62,900 bases of DNA from Nemertoderma westbladi (taxonomy: Eukaryota; Animalia; Xenacoelomorpha), in contig JAUCBJ010004355.1 in assembly GCA_032718475.1 (NCBI GenBank), forward strand, positions 1 to 62,900, written 5' to 3'. Positions 30,501 to 42,900 of the stretch are shown here, piece by piece. Within the stretch, counting starts at the first letter, position 1, and each line of letters begins with the position of its first letter. The notes below the pieces were generated by a model, which saw nothing but the letters and a program-made list of their open reading frames with translations, made no database searches and had not been told where the DNA came from. A program made the translations under genes and the position numbers.

Positions 30501-33500
30501 TCTTTACCAGCATCCATCTCTCTCCTACTTACTGCGATCTCTTTACCAGCATCCATCTCTCTCCTACTTACTGAGATCTCTTTACCAGCATCCATCTCTC
30601 TCCTACTTACTGAGATCTCTTTACCAGCATCCATCTCTCTCCTACTTACTGCGATCTCTTTACCTGCATCCATCTCTCCTCTACTTAATGCGATCTCTTT
30701 ATCAGCACCCATCTCTCCCCTATTTACTGCGATCTCTTCACCAGCACCCATCTCTCCCCTATTTACTGCGATCTCTTTACCAGCATCCATCTCTCTCCTA
30801 CTTACTGCGATCTCTTTACCTGCATCCATCTCTCCTCTACTTACTGCCATCTCTTTACCAGCATCCATATCTCTCCTACTTACTGAGATCTCTTTACCAG
30901 CACCCATCTCTCATCTACTCACTGCAATCTCTTCACCAGCACCTATCTCTCTCCTACTTACTGCGATCTCTTTACCAGCATCCATCTCTCTCCTACTTAC
31001 TGCGATCTCTTTACCTGCATCCATCTCTCCTCTACTTACTACGACCTCTTTACCAGCACCCATATCTCCCCTACTTACTGCGATCTCTTTACCAGCATCC
31101 ATCTCTCCTCTACTTACTGCGATCTTTTTACCAGCATCCATCTCTCTCCTACTTACTGCGATCTCTTTATCAGCACCCATCTCTCTCCTACTTACTGCGA
31201 TCTCTTTACCTGCATCCATCTATCCTCTACTTACTGCGATCTCTTTACCAGCACCCATCTCTCTCCTACTTACTGCGATCTCTTTACCAGCATCCATCTC
31301 TCTCCTACTTACTGCGATCTCTTTACCTGCATCCATCTATCCTCTACTTACTGCGATCTCTTTACCAGCATCCATCTCTCTCCTACTTACTGCGATCTCT
31401 TTACCAGCATCCATCTCTCTCCTACTTACTGAGATCTCTTTACCAGCATCCATCTCTCTCCTACTTACTGCGATCTCTTTACCTGCATCCATCTCTCCTC
31501 TACTTAATGCGATCTCTTTATCAGCACCCATATCTCCCCTACTTACTGCGATCTCTTTACCAGCATCCATCTCTCCTCTACTTACTGCGATCTCTTTACC
31601 AGCATCCATCTCTCCTCTACTTACTGCGATCTCTTTACCAGCACCCATCTCTCTCCTTCTTACTGCGATCTCTTCACCAGCACCCATCTCTCCCCTACTT
31701 ACTGCGATCTCTTTACCAGCACCCATCTCCCTCCTACTCACTGCGATCTCTTTACCAGCATCCATCTCTCTCCTACTTACTGCGATCTCTTTACCTGCAT
31801 CCATCTCTCCTCTACTTAATGCGATCTCTTTATCAGCACCCATATCTCCCCTACTTACTGCGATCTCTTTACCAGCATCCATCTCTCCTCTACTTACTGC
31901 GATCTCTTTACCAGCACCCATCTCTCCTCTACTTACTGCGATCTCTTTACCAGCATCCATCTCTCTCCTACTTACTGCGATCTCTTTACCTGCATCCATC
32001 TCTCCTCTACTTACTGCGATCTCTTTACCAGCATCCATCTCTCTCCTACTTACTGCGATCTCTTTACCTGCATCCATCTCTCCTCTACTTAATGCGATCT
32101 CTTTATCAGCACCCATATCTCCCCTACTTACTGCGATCTCTTTACCAGCATCCATCTCTCCTCTACTTACTGCGATCTCTTTACCAGCACCCATCTCCCT
32201 CCTACTTACTGCCATCTCTTTACCAGCACCCATCTCTCCTCTACTTACTGCGATCTCTTTACCAGCATCCATCTCTCTCCTACTTACTGCGATCTCTTTA
32301 CCTGCATCCATCTCTCCTCTACTTAATGCGATCTCTTTATCAGCACCCATATCTCCCCTACTTACTGCGATCTCTTTACCAGCATCCATCTCTCCTCTAC
32401 TTACTGCGATCTCTTTACCAGCATCCATCTCTCTCCTACTTACTGCGATCTCTTTATCAGCACCCATCTCTCTCCTACTCACTGCGATCTCTTTACCAGC
32501 ACCCATCTCTCTCCTACTCACTGCGATCTCTTTACCAGCACCCATCTCTCTCCTACTCACTGCGATCTCTTTACCAGCACCCATCTCTCCTCTACTTACT
32601 GCGATCTCTTTACCAGCACCCATATCTCCCCTACTTACTGCGATCTCTTTACCAGCATCCATCTCTCTCCTACTTACTGCGATCTCTTTACCTGCACCCA
32701 TCTCTCCCCTACTTACTGCCATCTCTTTACCAGCACCCATCTCTCTCCTACTCACTGCGATCTCTTTACCAGCACCCATCTCTCTCCTACTCACTGCGAT
32801 CTCTTTACCAGCACCCATCTCTCTCCTACTCACTGCGATCTCTTTACCAGCACCCATCTCTCTCTATCTCCTACTTACTGCGATCTCTTTACCTGCATCC
32901 ATCTCTCCTCTACTTACTGCGACCTCTTTACCAGCACCCATCTCTCTCCTACTCACTGCGATCTCTTTACCAGCACCATCTCTCCTCTACTTAATGCGAT
33001 CTCTTTATCAGCACCCATATCTCCCCTACTTACTGCGATCTCTTTACCAGCACCCATCTCTCCCCTACTTACTGCCATCTCTTTACCAGCATCCATCTCT
33101 CCTCTACTTAGTGCGACCTCTTTACCAGCACCCATCTCTCCCCTACTTACTGCCATCTCTTTACCAGCACCCATCTCTCTCCTACTCACTGCGATCTCTT
33201 TACCAGCACCCATCTCTCTCCTACTTACTGCCATCTCTTTACCAGCACCCATCTCTCTCCTACTCACTGCGATCTCTTTACCAGCACCCATCTCTCTCCT
33301 ACTTACTGCCATCTCTTTACCTGCACCCATCTCTCCCCTACTTACTGCCATCTCTTTACCAGCACCCATCTCTCTCCTACTCACTGCGATCTCTTTACCA
33401 GCACCCATCTCTCTCCTACTTACTGAGATCTCTTTACCAGCACCCATCTCTCCCCTACTTACTGCGATCTCTTTACCAGCACCCATCTCTCCCCTACTTA

Positions 33501-36500
33501 CTGCCATCTCTTTACCAGCATCCATCTCTCCTCTACTTAGTGCGACCTCTTTACCAGCACCCATCTCTCCCCTACTTACTGAGATCTCTTTACCAGCACC
33601 CATCTCTCCCCTACTTACTGCGATCTCTTTACCAGCACCCATCTCTCTCCTACTTACTGCGATCTATTTACCAGCACCCATATCTCACCTACTCACTGCG
33701 ATCTCTTTACCTGCATCCATCTCTCTCCTACTCACTGCGATCTCTTTACCTGCATCCATCTCTCCCCTACTTACTGCGATCTCTTTACCAGCACCCATCT
33801 CTCCTCTACTTAATGCGATCTCTTTATCAGCACCCATATCTCCCCTACTTACTGCGATCTCTTTACCAGCACCCATCTCCCTCCTACTTACTGAGATCTC
33901 TTTACCAGCATCCATCTCTCTCCTACTCACTGCGATCTCTTTACCTGCACCCATCTCTCTCCTACTTACTGCGATCTCTTCATCAGCACCCATCTCTCCT
34001 CTACTTACTGCGACCTCTTTATCAGCACCCATCTCTCTCCTACTTACTGCGATCTCTTTACCTGCATCCATCTATCCTCTACTTACTGCGATCTCTTTAC
34101 CAGCATCCATCTCTCCTCTACTTAATGCGATCTCTTTATCAGCACCCATCTCCCTCCTACTTACTGAGATCTCTTTACCAGCACCCATCTCCCTCCTACT
34201 TACTGAGATCTCTTTACCAGCACCCATCTCTCTCCTACTTACTGAGATCTCTTTACCAGCATCCATCTCTCTCCTACTTACTGAGATCTCTTTACCAGCA
34301 TCCATCTCTCTCCTACTTACTGAGATCTCTTTACCAGCATCCATCTCTCTCCTACTTACTGCGATCTCTTTACCTGCATCCATCTCTCCTCTACTTAATG
34401 CGATCTCTTTATCAGCACCCATCTCTCCCCTATTTACTGCGATCTCTTCACCAGCACCCATCTCTCCCCTATTTACTGCGATCTCTTTACCAGCATCCAT
34501 CTCTCTCCTACTTACTGCGATCTCTTTACCTGCATCCATCTCTCCTCTACTTACTGCCATCTCTTTACCAGCATCCATATCTCTCCTACTTACTGAGATC
34601 TCTTTACCAGCACCCATCTCTCATCTACTCACTGCAATCTCTTCACCAGCACCTATCTCTCTCCTACTTACTGCGATCTCTTTACCAGCATCCATCTCTC
34701 TCCTACTTACTGCGATCTCTTTACCTGCATCCATCTCTCCTCTACTTACTACGACCTCTTTACCAGCACCCATATCTCCCCTACTTACTGCGATCTCTTT
34801 ACCAGCATCCATCTCTCCTCTACTTACTGCGATCTTTTTACCAGCATCCATCTCTCTCCTACTTACTGCGATCTCTTTATCAGCACCCATCTCTCTCCTA
34901 CTTACTGCGATCTCTTTACCTGCATCCATCTATCCTCTACTTACTGCGATCTCTTTACCAGCACCCATCTCTCTCCTACTTACTGCGATCTCTTTACCAG
35001 CATCCATCTCTCTCCTACTTACTGCGATCTCTTTACCTGCATCCATCTATCCTCTACTTACTGCGATCTCTTTACCAGCATCCATCTCTCTCCTACTTAC
35101 TGCGATCTCTTTACCAGCATCCATCTCTCTCCTACTTACTGAGATCTCTTTACCAGCATCCATCTCTCTCCTACTTACTGCGATCTCTTTACCTGCATCC
35201 ATCTCTCCTCTACTTAATGCGATCTCTTTATCAGCACCCATATCTCCCCTACTTACTGCGATCTCTTTACCAGCATCCATCTCTCCTCTACTTACTGCGA
35301 TCTCTTTACCAGCATCCATCTCTCCTCTACTTACTGCGATCTCTTTACCAGCACCCATCTCTCTCCTACTTACTGCGATCTCTTCACCAGCACCCATCTC
35401 TCCCCTACTTACTGCGATCTCTTTACCAGCACCCATCTCCCTCCTACTCACTGCGATCTCTTTACCAGCATCCATCTCTCTCCTACTTACTGCGATCTCT
35501 TTACCTGCATCCATCTCTCCTCTACTTAATGCGATCTCTTTATCAGCACCCATATCTCCCCTACTTACTGCGATCTCTTTACCAGCATCCATCTCTCCTC
35601 TACTTACTGCGATCTCTTTACCAGCACCCATCTCTCCTCTACTTACTGCGATCTCTTTACCAGCATCCATCTCTCTCCTACTTACTGCGATCTCTTTACC
35701 TGCATCCATCTCTCCTCTACTTACTGCGATCTCTTTACCAGCATCCATCTCTCTCCTACTTACTGCGATCTCTTTACCTGCATCCATCTCTCCTCTACTT
35801 AATGCGATCTCTTTATCAGCACCCATATCTCCCCTACTTACTGCGATCTCTTTACCAGCATCCATCTCTCCTCTACTTACTGCGATCTCTTTACCAGCAC
35901 CCATCTCCCTCCTACTTACTGCCATCTCTTTACCAGCACCCATCTCTCCTCTACTTACTGCGATCTCTTTACCAGCATCCATCTCTCTCCTACTTACTGC
36001 GATCTCTTTACCTGCATCCATCTCTCCTCTACTTAATGCGATCTCTTTATCAGCACCCATATCTCCCCTACTTACTGCGATCTCTTTACCAGCATCCATC
36101 TCTCCTCTACTTACTGCGATCTCTTTACCAGCATCCATCTCTCTCCTACTTACTGCGATCTCTTTATCAGCACCCATCTCTCTCCTACTCACTGCGATCT
36201 CTTTACCAGCACCCATCTCTCTCCTACTCACTGCGATCTCTTTACCAGCACCCATCTCTCTCCTACTCACTGCGATCTCTTTACCAGCACCCATCTCTCC
36301 TCTACTTACTGCGATCTCTTTACCAGCACCCATATCTCCCCTACTTACTGCGATCTCTTTACCAGCATCCATCTCTCTCCTACTTACTGCGATCTCTTTA
36401 CCTGCACCCATCTCTCCCCTACTTACTGCCATCTCTTTACCAGCACCCATCTCTCTCCTACTCACTGCGATCTCTTTACCAGCACCCATCTCTCTCCTAC

Positions 36501-39500
36501 TCACTGCGATCTCTTTACCAGCACCCATCTCTCTCCTACTCACTGCGATCTCTTTACCAGCACCCATCTCTCTCTATCTCCTACTTACTGCGATCTCTTT
36601 ACCTGCATCCATCTCTCCTCTACTTACTGCGACCTCTTTACCAGCACCCATCTCTCTCCTACTCACTGCGATCTCTTTACCAGCACCATCTCTCCTCTAC
36701 TTAATGCGATCTCTTTATCAGCACCCATATCTCCCCTACTTACTGCGATCTCTTTACCAGCACCCATCTCTCCCCTACTTACTGCCATCTCTTTACCAGC
36801 ATCCATCTCTCCTCTACTTAGTGCGACCTCTTTACCAGCACCCATCTCTCCCCTACTTACTGCCATCTCTTTACCAGCACCCATCTCTCTCCTACTCACT
36901 GCGATCTCTTTACCAGCACCCATCTCTCTCCTACTTACTGCCATCTCTTTACCAGCACCCATCTCTCTCCTACTCACTGCGATCTCTTTACCAGCACCCA
37001 TCTCTCTCCTACTTACTGCCATCTCTTTACCTGCACCCATCTCTCCCCTACTTACTGCCATCTCTTTACCAGCACCCATCTCTCTCCTACTCACTGCGAT
37101 CTCTTTACCAGCACCCATCTCTCTCCTACTTACTGAGATCTCTTTACCAGCACCCATCTCTCCCCTACTTACTGCGATCTCTTTACCAGCACCCATCTCT
37201 CCCCTACTTACTGCCATCTCTTTACCAGCATCCATCTCTCCTCTACTTAGTGCGACCTCTTTACCAGCACCCATCTCTCCCCTACTTACTGAGATCTCTT
37301 TACCAGCACCCATCTCTCCCCTACTTACTGCGATCTCTTTACCAGCACCCATCTCTCTCCTACTTACTGCGATCTATTTACCAGCACCCATATCTCACCT
37401 ACTCACTGCGATCTCTTTACCTGCATCCATCTCTCTCCTACTCACTGCGATCTCTTTACCTGCATCCATCTCTCCCCTACTTACTGCGATCTCTTTACCA
37501 GCACCCATCTCTCCTCTACTTAATGCGATCTCTTTATCAGCACCCATATCTCCCCTACTTACTGCGATCTCTTTACCAGCACCCATCTCCCTCCTACTTA
37601 CTGAGATCTCTTTACCAGCATCCATCTCTCTCCTACTCACTGCGATCTCTTTACCTGCACCCATCTCTCTCCTACTTACTGCGATCTCTTCATCAGCACC
37701 CATCTCTCCTCTACTTACTGCGACCTCTTTATCAGCACCCATCTCTCTCCTACTTACTGCGATCTCTTTACCTGCATCCATCTATCCTCTACTTACTGCG
37801 ATCTCTTTACCAGCATCCATCTCTCCTCTACTTAATGCGATCTCTTTATCAGCACCCATCTCCCTCCTACTTACTGAGATCTCTTTACCAGCACCCATCT
37901 CCCTCCTACTTACTGAGATCTCTTTACCAGCACCCATCTCCCTCCTACTTACTGAGATCTCTTTACCAGCACCCATCTCTCTCCTACTTACTGCGATCTC
38001 TTTACCAGCACCCATCTCTCTCCTACTTACTGCGACCTCTTTACCAGCACCCATCTCTCCTCTACTTACTGCGACCTCTTTACCAGCACCCATCTCTCCT
38101 CTACTTACTGCGATCTCTTCACCAGCACCCATCTCTCCTCTACTTACTGCGATCTCTTTACCAGCATCCATCTCTCTCCTACTTACTGCGATCTCTTTAC
38201 CAGCACCCATCTCTCTCCTACTTACTGCGACCTCTTTACCAGCACCCATCTCTCCTCTACTTACTGCGACCTCTTTACCAGCACCCATCTCTCCTCTACT
38301 TACTGCGATCTCTTCACCAGCACCCATCTCCCCTCTACTTACTGCGATCTCTTTACCAGCATCCATCTCTCTCCTACTTACTGCGATCTCTTTACCAGCA
38401 TCCATCTCTCTCCTACTTACTGCGATCTCTTTACCTGCATCCATATCTCCCCTACTTACTGCGATCTCTTTACCAGCATCCATATCTCTCCTACTTACTG
38501 CGATATCTTTACCAGCATCCATCTCTCCTCTACTTACTGCGATCTCTTTACCAGCACCCATCTCTCCTCTATTTACTGCGATCTCTTTACCAGCACCCAT
38601 CTCTCCTCTACTTACTGCCATCTCTTTACCAGCATCCATATCTCTCCTACTTACTGCGATCTCTTCACCAGCACCCATCTCTCCTCTACTTACTGCGATC
38701 TCTTTACCAGCACCCATCTCTCCTCTATTTACTGCGATCTCTTTACCAGCACCCATCTCTCCCCTACTTACTGCCATCTCTTTACCAGCATCCATATCTC
38801 TCCTACTTACTGCGATCTCTTTACCAGCATCCATCTCTCTCCTACTTACTGAGATCTCTTTACCAGTACCCATCTCTCTCCTACTTACTGCGATCTCTTT
38901 ACCAGTACCCTTCTCTCTCCTACTTACTGCGATCTCTTTACCTGCATCCATCTCTCCTCTACTTAATGCGATCTCTTTACCAGCACCCATCTCTCCTCTA
39001 TTCACTGCGATCTCTTTACCAGCATCCATATCTCTCCTACTTACTGAGATCTCTTTACCAGCACCCATCTCTCTCCTACTTACTGCCTACTGCGATCTCT
39101 TTATCAGCACCCATCTCTCTCCTACTTACTGCCTACTGCGATCTCTTTATCAGCACCCATCTCTCCCCTATTCACTGCGATCTCTTTACCAGCATCCATA
39201 TCTCTCCTACTTACTGAGATCTCTTTACCAGCACCCATCTCTCCCCTACTTACTGAGATCTCTTTACCAGCACCCATCTCTCTCCTACTTACTGCCTACT
39301 GCGATCTCTTTATCAGCACCCATCTCTCCCCTATTCACTGCGATCTCTTTACCAGCATCCATATCTCTCCTACTTACTGAGATCTCTTTACCAGCACCCA
39401 TCTCTCCCCTACTTACTGAGATCTCTTTACCAGCACCCATCTATCCCCTACTTACTGCGATCTCTTTACCAGCATCCATCTCTCCCCTACTTACTGCGAT

Positions 39501-39533
39501 CTCTTTACCTGCATCCATCTCTCTCATACTTAC
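279..39533 (-). other. UBE2J1: Giant phase-2 GT-AG intron of the UBE2J1-like gene (39,255 bp)
   Basis: Donor CGCA|GTAAGTAT at 39533 and acceptor TTTTCTAG|G at 279. Splicing restores ...VLAKRSQDWVCSNCG..., collinear with recalled UBE2J1 ...ALAKKSQDFCCEGCG. Confidence 0.85.
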
Positions 39534-39562
39534 TGCGATCTCTTTGCCAGCACCCGTCTCTC
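600..39562 (-). repeat. 39-bp minisatellite array, ~1000 copies, derived from the exon/5' splice-site junction
   Basis: + strand consensus CGATCTCTTTACCAGCACCCATCTCTCTCCTACTTACTG; minus strand GAGAGATGGGTGCTGGTAAAGAGATCGCA|GTAAGTAGGA. Copy number estimated as length/39. Contains indel variants and kb-scale higher-order duplications. Confidence 0.97.
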
Positions 39563-39681
39563 ATCCGTTGTATAATCTAACGCCCCAATCGCCCCTGCGC
39601 CCCGAGTTGGCATAAACCCGATTATGGCCATCAACGCTGTCCGGATACTCCATGAAGGCAGCCACGTCTCCGGATGGTGTC
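39534..39681 (-). CDS. UBE2J1: UBE2J1-like coding exon (C-terminal half of the UBC domain)
   Basis: 148-bp exon between TTTCAG| and |GTAAGT encoding (G)HHPETWLPSWSIRTALMAIIGFMPTRGAGAIGALDYTTDERRVLAKRS(Q), near-identical to recalled UBE2J1 GHHPETWQPSWSIRTALLAIIGFMPTKGEGAIGSLDYTPEERRALAKKSQ. Confidence 0.93.
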
Positions 39682-39931
39682 CTGAAATCAACCAGATTTT
39701 AGATATGAAACGTAACCAACCCATGGGGAATTTCCACAATCAACGCTATCACGTTTTAAAATAAACTATGTTTTCGTTTCGTACTGTACGTTTATCGGGA
39801 TTACGTGTAAAACCTAAACGGGCATTGCAATAGAACACAAAACGTGGCGTTGAATGTCGGTGCCGGTGCATGGAAGTATTTAATGGAAGTAGCAGCCAGC
39901 TTCTAAGACCATCTAAGATCCTATAAGACTG

Positions 39932-42900
39932 CACCCTCAAGAACCACGCCCGTTATGTTGTCCCCACCCACCTCCACCCTTTAAGAACCACGTCCCGTTA
40001 TGATGTCCCCACCCACCTCGACCCTCTAAGAACCACGCCCGCTATGTTGTCCCCACCCACCTCGACCTTCTAAGAACCACGCCCGATATGTTGTCCCCAC
40101 GCACCTCCACCCTCTAAGAACCACGCCCGTTATGTTGTCCCCACCCACCAACACCCTCTAAGAACCACGCCGTTATGTTGTCCCCACCCACCTCCACCCT
40201 CTAAGAACCACGCCCGTTATGTTGTCCCCACCCACCTCCACCCTTTAAGAACCACGCCGGTATGTTGTCCCCACCCACATCCACCCTCTAAGAACCACGC
40301 CCGATATGTTGTCCCCACCTACCTCCACCCTCTAAGAACCACGTCCGTTGTGTTGTCCCCACCCACCTCCACCCTTTAAGAACCACGCCCGTTGTGTTGT
40401 CCCCACCCACCTCCACCCTTTAAGAACAACGCCCGGATATGTTGTCCACACCCACCTCCGCCCTCTAGCTCTAAGAACCACGCCCGTAATGTTGTCCCCA
40501 CCCACCTCCACCCTCTAAGAACCACGCCCGTTATGTTGTCCCCACCCACATCCACCCTCTAAGAACCACGCCCGATATGTTGTCCCCACATACCTCCACC
40601 CTCTAAGAACCACGCCCGTTGTGTTGTCCCCACCCACCTCCACCCTTTAAGAACCACGCCCGTTGTGTTGTCCCCACCCACCTCCACCCTTTAAGAACCA
40701 CGCCCGGATATGTTGTCCACACCCACCTCCGCCCTCTAGCTCTAAGAACCACGCCCGTAAGTTGTCCCCACCCACATCCACCCTCTAGGAACCACGCCCG
40801 ATATGTTGTCCCCACCCACCTCGATCTTCTATGAACCACGCCCGTTATGTTGTCCCCACCCACCTCCACCCTCTAAGAACCACGCCCCGATATGTTGTCC
40901 CCACCCACCTCCACCCTCTAAGAACCACGCCCGTTATGTTGTCCCCACCCACCTCCACCCTCTAAGAACCACGCCCCACTATGTTGTCTCCACCCACCTC
41001 CACCCTATAAGAACCACGCCCCGATATGTTGTCCCCACCCACCTCCACCCTCTAAGAACCACGCCCCACTATGTTGTCTCCACCCACCTCCACCCTATAA
41101 GAACCACGCCCCGATATGTTGTCCCCACCCACCTCCACCCTCTAAGAACCACGCCCGTTATGTTGTCCCCACCCACCTCCACCCTCTAAGAACCACGCCC
41201 CACTATGTTGTCTCCACCCACCTCCACCCTATAAGAACCACGCCCCACTATGTTGTCTCCACCCACCTCCACCCTATAAGAACCACGCCCGATATGTTGT
41301 CCCCACCCACCTCCACCCTCTAAGAACCACGCCCCACTATGTTGTCTCCACCCACCTCCACCCTCTAAGAACCACGCCCCGATATGTTGTCCCCACCCAC
41401 CTCCACCCTCTAAGAACCACGCCCGTTATGTTGTCCCCACCCACCTCCACCCTCTAAGAACCACGCCCCACTATGTTGTCCCCACCCACCTCCACCCTTT
41501 AAGAACCACGTCCCGTTATGATGTCCCCACCCACCTCGACCCTCTAAGAACCACGCCCGCTATGTTGTCCCCACCAACCTCCACCCTCTAAGAACCACGC
41601 CCGTTATGTTGTCCCCACCCACCTCCACCCTCTAAGAACCACGCCCCACTATGTTGTCCCCACCCACCTCCACCCTCTAAGAACCACGCCCCACTATGTT
41701 GTCCCCACCCACCTCCACCCTCTAAGAACCACGCCCGTTGTGTTGTCCCCACCCACCTCCACCCTTTAAGAACCACGCCCGGATATGTTGTCCCCACCCA
41801 CCAACACCCTCTAAGAACCACGCCGTTATGTTGTCCCCACCCACCTCCACCCTCTAAGAACCACGCCCGTTATGTTGTCCCCACCCACCTCCACCCTTTA
41901 AGAACCACGCCGGTATGTTGTCCCCACCCACATCCACCCTCTAAGAACCACGCCCGATATGTTGTCCCCACCTACCTCCACCCTCTAAGAACCACGTCCG
42001 TTGTGTTGTCCCCACCCACCTCCACCCTTTAAGAACCACGCCCGTTGTGTTGTCCCCACCCACCTCCACCCTTTAAGAACCACGCCCGTTGTGTTGTCCC
42101 CACCCACCTCCACCCTTTAAGAACCACGCCCGGATATGTTGTCCACACCCACCTCCGCCCTCTAGCTCTAAGAACCACGCCCGTAATGTTGTCCCCACCC
42201 ACCTCCACCCTCTAAGAACCACGCCCGTTATGTTGTCCCCACCCACATCCACCCTCTAAGAACCACGCCCGATATGTTGTCCCCACATACCTCCACCCTC
42301 TAAGAACCACGCCCGTTGTGTTGTCCCCACCCACCTCCACCCTTTAAGAACCACGCCCGTTGTGTTGTCCCCACCCACCTCCACCCTTTAAGAACCACGC
42401 CCGGATATGTTGTCCACACCCACCTCCGCCCTCTAGCTCTAAGAACCACGCCCGTAAGTTGTCCCCACCCACATCCACCCTCTAGGAACCACGCCCGATA
42501 TGTTGTCCCCACCCACCTCGATCTTCTATGAACCACGCCCGTTATGTTATCCCCACCCACCTCCACCCTCTAAGAACCACGCCCCGATATGTTGTCCCCA
42601 CCCACCTCCACCCTCTAAGAACCACGCCCGTTATGTTGTCCCCACCCACCTCCACCCTCTAAGAACCACGCCCCACTATGTTGTCTCCACCCACCTCCAC
42701 CCTATAAGAACCACGCCCCGATATGTTGTCCCCACCCACCTCCACCCTCTAAGAACCACGCCCCACTATGTTGTCTCCACCCACCTCCACCCTATAAGAA
42801 CCACGCCCCGATATGTTGTCCCCACCCACCTCCACCCTCTAAGAACCACGCCCGTTATGTTGTCCCCACCCACCTCCACCCTCTAAGAACCACGCCCCAC

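Noticed and set aside
547-39217. Very long repetitive ORFs (LLRSLYQHPSLSY, AISLPAPISLLLT, MGAGKEIAVSRRE; up to 1942 aa)
   Set aside because: A 39-bp unit is a multiple of 3 and several frames are open at once. Frames switch at indels and no protein domain is present. The unit's origin is the exon/donor junction.
600-39533. Recursive (ratchet) splice sites in the 39-bp array
   Set aside because: The junction is CA|GTAAGT rather than AG|GT, and the sense strand is purine-rich with no polypyrimidine tract.
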